Positions 14,113 to 26,065 of a DNA stretch of 64,000 bases are shown here, one piece after another; the stretch's first letter is position 1; every line of letters begins with the position of its first letter. Origin of the DNA: Octopus sinensis (lineage: Eukaryota); contig NC_042997.1 of assembly GCF_006345805.1 (NCBI RefSeq), positions 171,678,001 to 171,742,000 on the forward strand. The letters run 5' to 3'. The position numbers were made by a program, and so were the translations under genes. Below the pieces are notes generated by a model. That model had not been told where the DNA came from. It saw only the letters and a program-made list of their open reading frames with translations, and ran no database searches.

Positions 14113-14373
14113 TTGATCTCTTTTGCTGAACCGCTAAGTTACGGGGACGTAAACACACCAGCATCGGTTGTTAAGCGATGTTGGGGGGACAAACACAGAT
14201 ACACAAACATACACACACACACACACATATATATATATAAATACCAAATCCATTCACAAGGTTTTGATCAGCCCAAGGCTATAGTAGAAGACACTTGTCC
14301 AAGGTGCCATGCAGTGGGACCAAACCCGGAACCATGTGGTTGGTAAGCAAGCTACTTACCACACAGTCACTCC
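14113..14373 (-). mobile_element. SINE family A (partial)
   Basis: Same head and internal segments as the other family A copies. Confidence 0.85.
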
Positions 14374-14496
14374 CTTCGCACTTTTTAATCACACTTCCTT
14401 CTCAATATTCTGCCACTTGTGTTATGGCATTTGAGCCTCAAGTGTATGCCCTGGCACTTGCCACCATCTATATCTCCTTCTTTCTTTACTCAACTC

Positions 14497-14922
14497 AATG
14501 ATCGTTGCCAGAGCAGCACGTAAAAAGCACCAATCGCATGTGATCGTCACCAGCGTCGCCTTACTGGCACTTGTGCTGGTGGCACATGAAAAAACATTTG
14601 AGCGAAGTCATTGCCAGTGCCGTTGGACTGGCTCCTGTGCAGGTGGCACATATAAAACACCATTTGAGCATGGCCGTTCCCAGTACTGCCTGACTAGCCC
14701 TCGTGCCGGTGGCACGTAAAAGCACCCACTATACTCTCAGAGTGGCTGGCGTTAGTTAGGAAGGGTATCCAGCTGTAGAAACTCTGCCAGATCAGATTGG
14801 AGCCTGGTGCAGCCATTTGGTTCACCAGTCCTCTGTCAAATCGTCCAACCCATGCTAACATGGAAAGCAGACATTAAACGATGATGATGATGACGATGAT
14901 GATGATGATGATGATGATGATA
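14497..14922 (+). mobile_element. Family C (GAT)n-tailed non-autonomous retroelement with four ~65-bp 5' monomers
   Basis: GGCAC(G/A)TAAAAAGCACC repeats at ~14516, 14581, 14645 and 14711, then GGAAGGGTATCCAGCTGTAGAAACTCTGCC and a CATGGAAAGCAGACATTAAAC(GAT)n tail. Related copies lie at ~36178-36497, 47680-47908, 29445-29620, 28150-28360, 60990-61170 and others. Confidence 0.85.
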
Positions 14923-15568
14923 AAATATTTGTACACACTTGCAAACACACACAGATACACAACACACACATACATATGATGATGATGATGATGATATACA
15001 TATGTAGGATCGTATCTTGTCATATATACAAAATCCTAAAATGAAGATTAGAATTTTCTCTGGAAAATTCTGTAGAAAATAGTAAAAGTAATTTATTTTT
15101 CAAATACTTATCATATTTCTGTTTCCACCATTCATTTCTTTACTTTTCTATATCAAATACAGAACTGTTTCTACACATATCCAATAAAAAGAATAAAAAA
15201 CAAATCTGTGTGCAGAAAATTGCATTGTAAATAAGAAATTTGTTTTATCATTGCCTCCAAAGGAATAGTAACAGGAAAAATTATTTTTTTTTATTGTATA
15301 ATAAATGGAATTACAATTTATTCAACAATTTTAATCTACATTCCTTTTAAACATATGTTAAACATACATTCACAGCTACTTTCTTGAAGTGTTCTCTCGT
15401 TCTCTCTTAATACTCAAAGCTATAACTCTCACAAGATTAATAGAAAGGTTGTAGTAATAGAATCTCTTGTCAGTCTGGGAAAAGATATTCTTTCTAGAGA
15501 TCGTTCTTCTGACGAAAACGGTATAGCTATAAATTAACACACACATACACACACACACATACATACAT

Positions 15569-15960
15569 ACTCTTTACTCTCTTTTACTCTTTTACTTGTT
15601 TCAGTCATTTGACTGTAGCCATGCTGGAGCACTGCCTTTAGTCGAGCAAATCAACACCAGGACTTATTCTTTGTAAGGACTCATTCTATTGGTCTATTTT
15701 GCCGAACCGCTAAGTTACAGGATGTAAACAAACCAGCATCGGTTGTCAAGTGATGTTCGGGGGGTGGTACAAACACAAACACACAAATATACATATATAC
15801 GACAGGCTTCTTTCAGTTTCTGTCTACCAAATCCACTCATAAGGCTTTGGTCGGCCTGAGGCTATAGTAGAAGACACTTGTCCAAGGTGCCATGCAGTGG
15901 GACTGAACCCGGAACCATGTGGTTGGTAAGCAAGCTACTTACCACACAGCCACTCCTACA
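15569..15960 (-). mobile_element. SINE family A (full length)
   Basis: Head, internal microsatellite and (GAGTAAAA)n-type tail present. Confidence 0.9.
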
Positions 15961-16214
15961 CATGTATCTTATCTTTTTTTTAATCTTTTATTTGTATCAG
16001 TCATTGGGCTTTAGCCATGCTGGGGCACCACTTTGAAGAGTTTTAGGTGAACAGAATGTACGAGGTGCTTTTCTCACTTGCACTAGTGTGGTCTCCAAGG
16101 GGTCGCAAGACATGACTCCCTCAATGAGGGAGTTGTAACATTGAGAGATCTAGCATATGTTTGGTGTTGAAAGACGGGAGCATGACTGAAGGACAGGAAC
16201 AAGTCTTGCTCCTT

Positions 16215-16345
16215 CTGTATACGTGTGTGTGTAAAAGTAACAGCAAGGGACATAGCTCAATTAATTAGGAATAGAGTTAGTGTTGATGAGATGCAGTTTG
16301 GAGTTATGCCAAGTAGAAGCATGACTGATGCTATATTTCTGGTTT
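16215..16345 (+). mobile_element. Decayed RTE-clade RT fragment
   Basis: KVTARDIAQLIRNRVSVDEMQFGVMPSRSMTDAIFL matches the QFGFMPGRSTTDAIF RT motif. Confidence 0.75.
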
Positions 16346-17366
16346 TATGTTTATCAAAAAAGACATATATTTAAATTAATTCTATCTTAGGTAGGCCTAC
16401 ATTTTTATTTTTCCTGTCCTACTTGATATTTAACCATATATTCTTTTCTTGTCTTTGCATTTTCTCTGTCTCAGTTGCTGAAGTGCCACCTTGTTGTACT
16501 TCCTGCTACTTTTGTGACTTGTCTCCTCTGTATCAATTGCCCAACATTTGTATCCTATGGATTTTGATGCCACTAAAGTATGCAGTTCTATTTCAAGACA
16601 TTGAAACTTGCAGAATCCTTAGTGAGGCAGCTGATGAAGATCAAATTTTCATTTTTATTTTTGTTCCAACTGTTACACATTTTATCTTTTGTGCTCATTT
16701 CTTATTTGCATGTGTGTGTATGTGTGTGAGTGTGCATGCATGTGTGTAATCATTATCCTCATCAATTAACATCTATGCTTCATGCTTTGCATGGGTTTGA
16801 CAGTTTAACAGGATTCGAAGAGTCCAAAGACTGCATTGTGATTTAGTGTTTACCTTGGCATGGTTTCTATGGCTGGATGCTTCTTTTTACTTGCCACTAG
16901 CTTTAGTGAGGTTGCCATAAAGCTCAAAAGCTATGAACCCCAATTAAGAACTGCAATGGAATAAACAGTGGTGATAGGGTGTACAGGTGGGTCTTCAAGC
17001 TATGAGATGCACATGTAGCACAATTTGATTCACAGAAAAACACTTGGCTATGTTTTAAGCAAACTTACCATCATCTTGGTTTTTGTTTAGTTCTGTTTTC
17101 TTTACTAATCTAATAGTTATAGTTTTGAAAGCAATTTGATATCACTGTTTTTGATTTTTTGCACATTTTTGTGTGAAATACTAACACCTTAAAACATAAT
17201 CTGATGTTCAATTTAAAAAACGTGATGTGCAGTTTTCAATACACCATATTTATCTTCATGTAGCATCCTCTGTATGTATGTATGTTGTATGTATGTATGT
17301 ATGTATGTATGCACATATGTATGTATGTATGTTGTATGTATGTATGTGTGTGTGCATTTTGTTGTG

Positions 17367-17398
<32 letters not shown>

Positions 17399-17481
17399 AG
17401 TGAGTGCATGTGCATGTGGTTGATGATTTGTTTGTTGTTTGAATAGGTAAACATCTCTGTGTGTGCTTGTACGTGTGGTCA

Positions 17482-17855
17482 AATCCTGACTGGGGAAGGT
17501 TGCTGCTAGAAGGTCAAATGTGTAGTAGCAGGATTCAGTTCCTTGCCATAGTTCTGGAAAAAATCCGAAGTGGCTGTCCTAGAATTTCTACGACTTCACC
17601 AGCCCCACCAATTTCTGGCATCTGAATTTCCCCTGATCCCATGGATTACTAAGTGTGGGGCACACTTCAGAAAGACACCAATCATTCTGTTTGCAACACC
17701 AAGGCTGTGCTGGTGGCCAAGATGAGGGAGGTGTTCAAAGATATTTTCCAAAGATACAGAGAGGATCACATGAGTCAGGTTCTGGAGCCACCTTAAGGCT
17801 GTGGTGTAAGCTGAGAATAGCTACTTTCAGCAGAATTGTTATCTCCAAGCCATAA
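17482..17855 (+). pseudogene. Second, more decayed DD37D (maT-like) transposase C-terminal fragment
   Basis: Manual translation gives KVAARRSNV**QDSVPCHSSGKNPKWLS*NFYDFTSPTNFW...MDY*VWGT, collinear with the 29850-30790 element. Confidence 0.75.
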
Positions 17856-17862
17856 TCTAGTT

Positions 17863-18523
17863 CAGCAGTTCTCAACCAATTTTTACCTATGGACCCCTTT
17901 GATTCCAATTTTGTCCAGTTGGGCCCTCATAGCCATTTGATGTTTTAAAGTTTTAAAAATCGTATTATAGGCGTAGGAGTGGCTGTGTGGTAAGTAGCTT
18001 GCTTACCAACTACATGGTTCCAGGTTCAGTCCCACTGCGTGCTACTTTGGGCAAGTGTCTTCTACTATAGCCTCAGACTGATCAAAGCCTTGTGAGTGGA
18101 TTTGGTAGACGGAAACTGAAAGAAGCCTGTTGTATATATGTATATGTATATATATATGTGTGTGTGTTTGTGTGTCTGTGTTTGTCCCCCCCACCCACCA
18201 CAACATCGCTTGACGACCGATACTGGTGTGTTTACATCCCCTTAACATAGTGGTTCAGTAAAAAATACCGATAGAATAAGTACTAGGCTTACAAAGAATA
18301 AGTCCTGGGGTCGATTTGCTCGACTAAAGGCAGTGCTCCAGCATGGCTGCAGTCAAATGACAGAAACAAGTAAAAGAGTATATTTTATAATTAAATATTA
18401 TTAGGAACTGTATAAAAAATGTTAAAATATTTTGTCTACTGTAGAAATATAACCAGTTTATTGTTCCTAACTTTTAGCAAAAATATCTTTAAGAATCATA
18501 TGGACCCTAGTTGAAAACAGCTG
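17863..18523. mobile_element. hAT-like MITE (CAG...CTG TIRs, imperfect 8-bp TSD)
   Basis: TIRs CAGCAGTTCTCAACC / AGTTGAAAACAGCTG. Flanks are ATCTAGTT and ACCTAATG (5/8 identical). Confidence 0.6.
17970..18380 (+). mobile_element. SINE family A (full length) inserted in a hAT-like MITE
   Basis: GGCGTAGGAGTGGCTGTGTGGTAAG..GAAACAAGTAAAAGAG. Confidence 0.9.
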
Positions 18524-18947
18524 ACCTAATGGTCATTTTTGATATTTTTAAAAATATTTTTATTTCTGGACAGGATAATGTTTTAATTTTCTTTTATGCA
18601 AACAGTCAAATTTAACCTGAAGATTCTTCTGTATCTTGTGTATCTTTTCTCTTTTTAACCTATGTACAGGGACAAATGTGAAGCCAGAGATATGTTCAAC
18701 AATACCAGCCTGTGTTTTGACTGCATCTTCAGTTTTAAAGGTACAGCTGTCACTGCCATAATTTTTGCCCTTTTGCACTTGGGATAATTTCTCACAATAT
18801 GTTCTTGTAAGATTGTTCTTACTACATGATGGAAGGGAAAGTATTATTCACTTGCATTTTTTTCATAAGCAAAGATATATATTTCGTTTTTGGATTTGGT
18901 TTGCAAGATTCTTTTTATGAGTTTGTGTGTTGAAGCATATTCTGTTG

Positions 18948-19182
18948 TGTCTGGGGAGAGTCATTTTCTTTTTGTGCCTTATAAGGTAACACACTCACCG
19001 GTAAAATTTCCACTTTTTTTTCTTATTTCTATCTTCCTAAAATTTTCATTGCGTCTTGCAACTGAAAAGGTTACAAAACGCAATGAAAATTTTAGGAAGA
19101 TAAAAATAAGAAAAAAGTGGAAATTTTACCGGTGAGTGTGTTACCTTATAAGGCACAAAAAGAAAATGACTCTCCTCAGACA
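18948..19182. repeat. Near-perfect 235-bp palindrome (MITE-like)
   Basis: TGTCTGGGGAGAGTCATTTTC.. and ..GAAAATGACTCTCCTCAGACA arms pair down to a ~7-nt loop. Confidence 0.9.
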
Positions 19183-20350
19183 AAGATATATAATTTTTCT
19201 CTTTGCACTCTTGAATTATCTCCTTGAGGTAAATTTTGGATTTCACAAAATTTTCCCAACTACATTTTTTTAAATGTAATTGTAAAAGACCACAAAATTC
19301 TGTTTGTTTAGCACTGAGGAAAGATTTGTTTTCACAAAGCTGCTATATGAACTTATCATGTTATTTGGAATCATGTAAAAATCATCATTGTTGATGTTGT
19401 TGCCGTTGCTGTCTTCCAAATGACTTATTTGAGAATTTCCAACATTACTTACTGCTAATTGTTCACTCTGCTGCTCATTTTTTCTCTTCCCCTTGTACAT
19501 ACGGTTGAGTGTTTTGATTTTGCGTTGCTTTTAGTTTTTATAGCACTCAATCATGTGGCATAATCATTCTCGGTGGCCATTTACATAAACGTTCATTGAA
19601 TCCTGGTACAACATGGATTACAATGGTGGTTGGATGATCTCATTTTAAAACACTGACTGCACAAAATAATTCTTCAAGGAACTGCACAGAGTCTAGTCAA
19701 TAACATCACAAAAAATAACAATTATACTAAAGCTGTGCACTGATTTCTTGCATTCATAATTAGAATAGGATTGATAAGGAGAAACAAGATGGTTCAATGT
19801 TCATGCCTTTCTTGAGAACATTAGGGATGTAAGTGTAAAAAATATGGCTACAGCAGGACATTGGAACCATGCTATAGAAAACTGGTCTCTTTTCTGAGGC
19901 AGTACTTTCTTTTTATGTAATATATTCGTTTCTAATATAACCACAAGGCCTTAATTTTTAGGAGAGAATTTAGGAGAGAGTTTAAATTAGCTCAGATTCT
20001 AACTGGAACTTATTTTATCATGTGATAAACTATGTTCCAGTCATTGTAGATCCTGCACAGGCATGGCTAGGCACAGCTGTGGCTGTGTGGTTAAGAAGTT
20101 TGCTTCTCAATCACATGGTTTGGGGTTCAATCCCACTGCATAGCACCTTGGACAAAGTCTTGGGAATGGATCGGGTAGATGGAAACTGAAAGAAGTTTAG
20201 AAGCCTGGCGTGTGTGTGTGGGTGTGTGTGTGTGTGTGTGTGTGAATGTGTGTGTGTGTATGTGTGTATGTGCATGTATGAATGTGTGTATGTCTGTGTC
20301 TGTTTGTCTTGATATCACATGATTGTTGTAAATGAATGTCATCCAGTTCC

Positions 20351-20670
20351 AATTTATTTTTTTATTTATGCACCCTTTTCAAGCCTAGCCAGGCTCATGG
20401 GCCCAGTTTCCCAGTTTCTGTGGCATATGTGTTCCCCCCAGCTGGACGGGACACCAGTCCATCACAGCATAACTCAAGAAACAGGAAGAGAGAATGAAAG
20501 AAAGTTGGGGTGAAAGAGTACAGCAGGGATCACCACCACCCTCTGCCAGAGCCTTGGGGAGCTTTTAGGTGTTTTTGCTCAATAAACACACACAACGCCC
20601 GCTCTGGGAATCGAAACTACGATCCTCCGACCATGAGTTTGCTGCCCTTACCACTGGGGCATTGTGCCTC
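20351..20670 (-). mobile_element. tRNA-headed SINE family F
   Basis: Minus-strand head GAGGCACAATGCCCCAGTGGTAAGGGCAGC..GTTTCGATTCCC and an A-rich tail after GGCTTGAAAAGGGTGC. Confidence 0.75.
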
Positions 20671-21458
20671 AACACCCAGTTCCAATTTTCTGCATAAATG
20701 TCTGGCAATGGGAAAATGTTACCTTACTTAGAAGCAGGTGAGTGTTGGTGACAGGGAGGGTATCCAGCTATAGAAAATCTGCTTCACTAAACTCTCTATG
20801 ATCCAGGCAAACATGAAAAAAGTGGACGCTCTAAAAAATACAGAAAGTAGTTGTATACTCTGTCCCAATAATGGGCAGTAGCTGCTGCAGAGAATTTATG
20901 AGAAGTAATGGTAAAATCAGATGCTAGGATGCCAGACCTAATATGATTGCTGTAAGTGTAGATGTGCTGCCAAGCAGCAGATCTCTAACTCATCCCCAAG
21001 TGGTCAAAGAAAAATCTGGACTTTGAAGTGCTGTCATTGTATATAACATGAATCTGAGCAAATGAGGAGGCCGCTACATGGTCACCAAACCTACTAGAAA
21101 CAGTATTCAAGTATCCCCCAAATAATACCCTAATATCTTAGAAAAGGATTCACTGGATAATATAATTATGGATTTCATGCCTGTTGGAAAAAGATTGGTG
21201 GGTCATGGGTGGAATGTCTTTGAGCATAGTTCTGCCCAATTAGGGATAAGCTAGGGATTAAACAATAAGGACCTTGTTGGGTCATAAAGCAATGAGAGCA
21301 ATAGTTATAATGCTCAGAACCATAGCTCCCATAATTCTCCCTTCTCTTCTTTAAATGCCGGTTGTATATCCAGGTAAGATTTTGATTTGCAGAAGTAATG
21401 TCAAACGTTGTGAATTGGTGAAGTTGTTAAAGCATTAGATAGAATTCCTTTAGTATTT

Positions 21459-21598
21459 ACATTATTTACATTTGACAGATATTTGTCCTCATCTTGTTTG
21501 TTGTTAACACAATGTTTCGACTGATATACTTTCCAGCCTTCATCAGGTGTCTTGGGGAAATTTCGAACCTGGGTTCTCATTCCTAAGGTATTTTTCGA

Positions 21599-21639
<41 letters not shown>

Positions 21640-21708
21640 TCACTGCCTGGAATCGAACTCAGAATCTTAGGGTTAGTAGCCCACACTCTTAACCACTAAG
21701 CCATATGC
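21459..21708 (-). mobile_element. tRNA-headed SINE with (AAT)n linker and hammerhead-containing tail (family D), copy 1
   Basis: Head GCATATGGCTTAGTGGTTAAGAGTGTGGGCTACTAACCCTAAGATTCTGAGTTCGATTCC (A and B boxes), then an (AAT)n linker, then a tail with a hammerhead core. Confidence 0.85.
21507..21550 (-). ncRNA. Minimal type I hammerhead ribozyme motif (family D)
   Basis: ACAC-CUGAUGA-A-GGCUG[GAAAGUAUAU]CAGUC-GAAAC-AUU-GUGU. Stem I is ACAC/GUGU and the core is intact. Position 16.2 carries a G>A change of CpG-decay type. Confidence 0.75.
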
Positions 21709-21712
21709 TTGT

Positions 21713-21828
21713 GACACCTGATGAAGGCTGGAGGGTATATCAGCTGAAACGGGGTGTTAACAACAAACAAGAGGAGGACAAATATCCATCAAATGTAAAT
21801 AATGTACGTAATTCCTTATCTTTTAAAT
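21713..21828 (+). mobile_element. Inverted partial copy of the family D tail abutting the head of copy 1
   Basis: GACACCTGATGAAGGCTGGAGGGTATATCAGCTGAAAC...AAATGTAAATAATGTAC is the reverse complement of 21459-21552. Confidence 0.85.
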
Positions 21829-22027
21829 ATAGAACTCCTTTGGTATTTGTTTTATTGTTTGTAATCTGAGTTCAAATCCGACTGAGATCAACTATGCCTT
21901 TCATCCTTCCAAGTTTGATAAAATAAGTACCAACCCAGGGTGGTAGATGGGTGGAACTGTTAAAGAATCAGACAAGATGCCTTGTGGTATTTGTTCAGAC
22001 TCTTGCATTTGGACAGCAATACCTGAA

Positions 22028-22262
22028 ATAAGGCGGCAAGCTGGCAGACACGTTAGCGCGCCGGGCGAAATGCTTAGCGGTATTTCGTCTGTCGTTACGT
22101 TCTGAGTTCAAATTCCGCCGAGGTCAACTTTGCCTTTCATCCTTTCGGGGTCGATAAATAAAGTACCAGTTTCACACTGGGGTCGATATAATCGACTCAA
22201 TCCCTTCGTCTGTCCTTGTTTGTCCCCTCTGTGTTTAGCCCCTTGTGGGCAGTAAAGAAATA
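22028..22262 (+). mobile_element. SINE family B (young, full length)
   Basis: TAAGGCGGCAAGCTGGCAGA..GGGCAGTAAAGAAATAA. Confidence 0.9.
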
Positions 22263-23076
22263 AAATACCTGAAATAATTCTAGCCCCAAACTATATCGAC
22301 CCTAACTTAGTGACCTTTCCCTTGGATGAACATCAGTGGTGTAAAAAGGGGACAACTGCATGCATGTCAAACTGCCAGTCTTTCTCAAAAACATTTCTTT
22401 GCTAGGCCTTCACAAACACATGCAGATAAATGATCAATCATGACCAATGAAGACCCTCCAAATAGTGTTTACAAAGCCCATTTAACGGAATGGTTCATTA
22501 CTTATATAAAGGACACACAGTGACATCTATAAATTATTGTTCAAATATCTTCAGTCTTAAATACAATCCAAATTAATGTCTAATGGAAGAACATGTTAAG
22601 ATATTGATTTCTTGCGACTGAAGGGAACTCTAAAGATCTGTTGTGAAAGAAGACATTTCTGGATTTATGCTGAAATTGTAGACTTCACTATTATTAATTA
22701 TAGAGATTAGTTTTCTGGCAGCTATAAAAAGGAAAGCTTAGATTTTTCTAGAACTGTATTGTAACTTTATAAGATAATAACCAATACTTTAGAGATAGCA
22801 GATATCTGCTTTTAGTAATAATTAATTGAAAAAATATGTGTAATAGAGTAGGTCGATCTTTTATAGTAAGAAGGAAAATAAAATCAGATGGTATGCTTTA
22901 TTAGAAAATACCATCATGCAGATTTCATAGATTTCTAATGGTTGTAAAGAGAAATAACTGCTTTTATAGAACGTTTGCATTTGTACTTATCTCTGGTAGT
23001 TTAGTTATAAAAATAGCCGAGTCTAAAGTCTAATGTCAATCTGAGTTGGCTGTGTTCTGCACTTGGAAGATTTCTT

Positions 23077-23278
23077 TCAGTAACTCAAATCTGGACGAGG
23101 TTTTCTTATGTGAAGATCACTGATTGTTCGTGCAGCAAGTCTCCTTTCATCATGCAAAGTATGACGGAAGTTTAAAGTAAAAGCAAGGACTGATTCAGTG
23201 TGACACTGAATAGTATGGCTGGGAGAGAAAAGTCTGCTCCGGATAATGCATTCTATGGCTTGGGAAGCACTTTTGTAT
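23077..23278 (-). CDS. Candidate terminal coding exon of an unidentified host gene (66 aa)
   Basis: CTGAC branch-like site and TTTTATTACAG acceptor. The frame YKSASQAIECIIRSRLFSPSHTIQCHTESVLAFTLNFRHTLHDERRLAARTISDLHIRKPRPDLSY* is open in non-repetitive sequence. AATAAA lies at 22897-22902 (minus). No family recognised. Confidence 0.3.
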
Positions 23279-23488
23279 CTGTAATAAAAGTCAGTAATGG
23301 TTTATGCTCTGGAAGTTAGGGAGCAAACTCAAAGGATTCCTCGAGTGGTGCACACTCTGGCTATGCCACTGTTGACACCTGTTTTGTCACAGACAAAGAA
23401 GCTGAAAGGCATTTTGAAAATATAGATTACTGAAACTCGTTTCTCCAACACCTTAACAATTCCACCAACCCGTTGACCTGGAATGGTA

Positions 23489-23710
23489 CTCTTTTACTCT
23501 TTTACTTGTTTCAATCATTTGACTGTGGCCATGCTGGAGCACTGTCTTTTAGTCAAGCAAATCAACCTCAGGATTTATTCTTTGGAAGCTTAGTACTTAT
23601 TCTATCAGTCTCATTTGCTGAACTGCTAAGTTACGGGGACGTAAACACACCAGCATTGGTTGTCAAGCGATGTTGGGGGGACAAACACAGACACACAAAC
23701 ATACACACAC

Positions 23711-23747
<37 letters not shown>

Positions 23748-23898
23748 CATATATACGACGGGCTTCTTTCAGTTTCTGTCTACCAAATCCACTCACAAGG
23801 CTTTGGTCAACCTGAGGCTATAGTAGAAGACACTTGCCCAAGGTGCCATGCAGTGGGACTGAACCCGGAACCATGTGGTTCGTAAGCAAGCTACTTAC
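23489..23898 (-). mobile_element. SINE family A (full length)
   Basis: Head, microsatellite and tail as in the other family A copies. Confidence 0.9.
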
Positions 23899-24692
23899 TA
23901 CACAGCCACTCCTACACCTATGGTACTTTATTTATTTTATCAATCTTGCAAGGGTGAAAAGCAAAGCTGACCTCATCAGGATTGGAACTCAGAATATAAG
24001 GAGCTGGAACAAATATTACAAGTCACGTGGTTGAATGATATTGCTAAAACACTGAGATGTATGGTGGATTAAAAAAATATTTGTTCATAGATTAAAAACA
24101 GTATACCTTGATATATTGTAAGCAGATATTCAGACATGGATCAATATCAATGCATAACAAGTTCAAGTATCTACTATGACATTTGTATGTGTGTGGTACA
24201 TATGTCTTGTACATGAATGAAACTACTTTATGTATATGTGAGTATGTATGTGTGTGTCTGTATCTGTCACGTATGTCCAATACATTAATGAATGTATTTT
24301 ATGTATGTATATATGAATGTGTATGTATGTGTGTATATTTTTTATTATATACTTTTTGACCAGCTAATGACTACCTACATGTGGCATTTTTGTTTTATAT
24401 TCTACATTTGTTTCATTCACCAGAAGAACTCAGTAACATAAATAGTAATACTTGCAAGCTAAATACAATGCAATCTATTTATCAACCAACTTATTTCGCT
24501 GTGAAAATTATTTTCTATGCCATTTTAGACTCTCAATATTTTCTGTGCCTTTCTAGACTTTAGTCTAAAAAGGCATGGAAAATATTGAGAGGTGGAGGTC
24601 AAATAGATTGTATGATAAAAGATTTTTAATCAAGATGCAGAAAATAATATATAGAAAATAATATATAGAAAATAATATATGAAAATAATATA

Positions 24693-24884
24693 GGCGCAGG
24701 AGTGGCTGTGTGGTAAGTAGCTGGCTTACCAATGACGTGGTTCTGGGTTCCGTCCCACTGTGTGGAATTTAGGGCAAGTGTCTTCTTCTATAGCCTCGGA
24801 CCGACCAAAGCCTTGTGAGTAGATTTGGTAGACAGAAACTGAAAGAAGCCTGTCGTATATGTGCATGTATATATATATATATAT

Positions 24885-24916
<32 letters not shown>

Positions 24917-24981
24917 ACATATATATATATGTATGTATGTATGCATGTATATATATATATATACATATATATGTATGTATG

Positions 24982-25027
<46 letters not shown>

Positions 25028-25235
25028 CGTGTGTTTGTGTATCTGTGTTTGTCCCCCAACATCACTTGACAACCGATGCGGGTGTGTTTACGTCCCCGTT
25101 CGGCAAATGAGACTGATAGAATAAGTACTAGGCTTACAAAGAATAAGCCCTGGAGTCGATTTCTTCGACTAAAGGCAGTGCTTCAGCATGACCACAGTCA
25201 AATGACTGAAACAAGTAGAAGAGTAAAAGAGTAGA
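24693..25235 (+). mobile_element. SINE family A with expanded ~170-bp internal (TA)n
   Basis: Head, microsatellite and tail as in the other family A copies. Confidence 0.9.
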
Positions 25236-25663
25236 GTATGCTACCTAAATGTTGCTAGTTAGATAGCTCAGAATATAGAGAGCAAAGGCTTTCAGAAAAC
25301 AGAAATTATAAAACAGATCATTGGCAACATAAGGAATCAGAACAGAGACACAAAGGACATGAAGAAAATAGAATGCATAAGCAAACCATTGTCAACAAGG
25401 ATCTGAATCATAGTGGCAAACAGTACCTCTTAGTAGGCCAAGTAAAGTATGCCCACCAAAGAATAGCATCATTTACCTCTAAACAATGTGATAAAAATGT
25501 TTCCAACTATGATCCGTCTTATGATTTTGACTCTGATAGATTATCTCCATTGATTTTTTGAGGGAAAATTGTTCCCTGAATGTGTAGCAATTAGTGGAGA
25601 AAGGAGACAGCTGAAGTTTGCTGCTTAGGTAGTTAAGTCTATCTGAGAACCCTGCTAGAATCT

Positions 25664-26065
25664 CTGTGTGGTAAGTAGCTTGTTTACCAACCACATGGTT
25701 CTTGGTTCAGTCCCACTGTGTGGCACCTTGGGCAAGTGTCTTCTACTATAGCCTCGGGTCGACCAAAGCCTTGTGAGTGGATTTGGTAGATGGAAACTGA
25801 AAGAAGCTCATCGTATGTATGTATATATATATGTGTGTGTGTATATGTTTGTGTGTCTGTGTTTGTCCCCCCCTCCAACATCGCTTGACAACTGATGCTG
25901 GTGTGTTTACGTCGCCGTAACTTAGCGGTTCGGCAAAATAGACCAATAGAATAAGTACTAGGATTACAAAGAATAAGTCCTGGGGTCGATTTGCTCGACT
26001 AAAGGCGGTGCTCCAGCATGGCCACAGTCAAATGACTGAAAAGAGTAAAAGAGTAAAGAGAGAGC
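25664..26065 (+). mobile_element. SINE family A
   Basis: Head (5'-clipped), microsatellite and tail present. Confidence 0.9.

Noticed and set aside
21640-21708. SINE heads as functional tRNA genes
   Set aside because: No acceptor-stem pairing or Pol III terminator after the head; they run into SINE bodies.
25259-25561. ~100-codon open + frame in unique sequence
   Set aside because: No recognisable domain, and the acceptor lies in a SINE tail flank. A few frames of this length are plausible by chance in the unique fraction.
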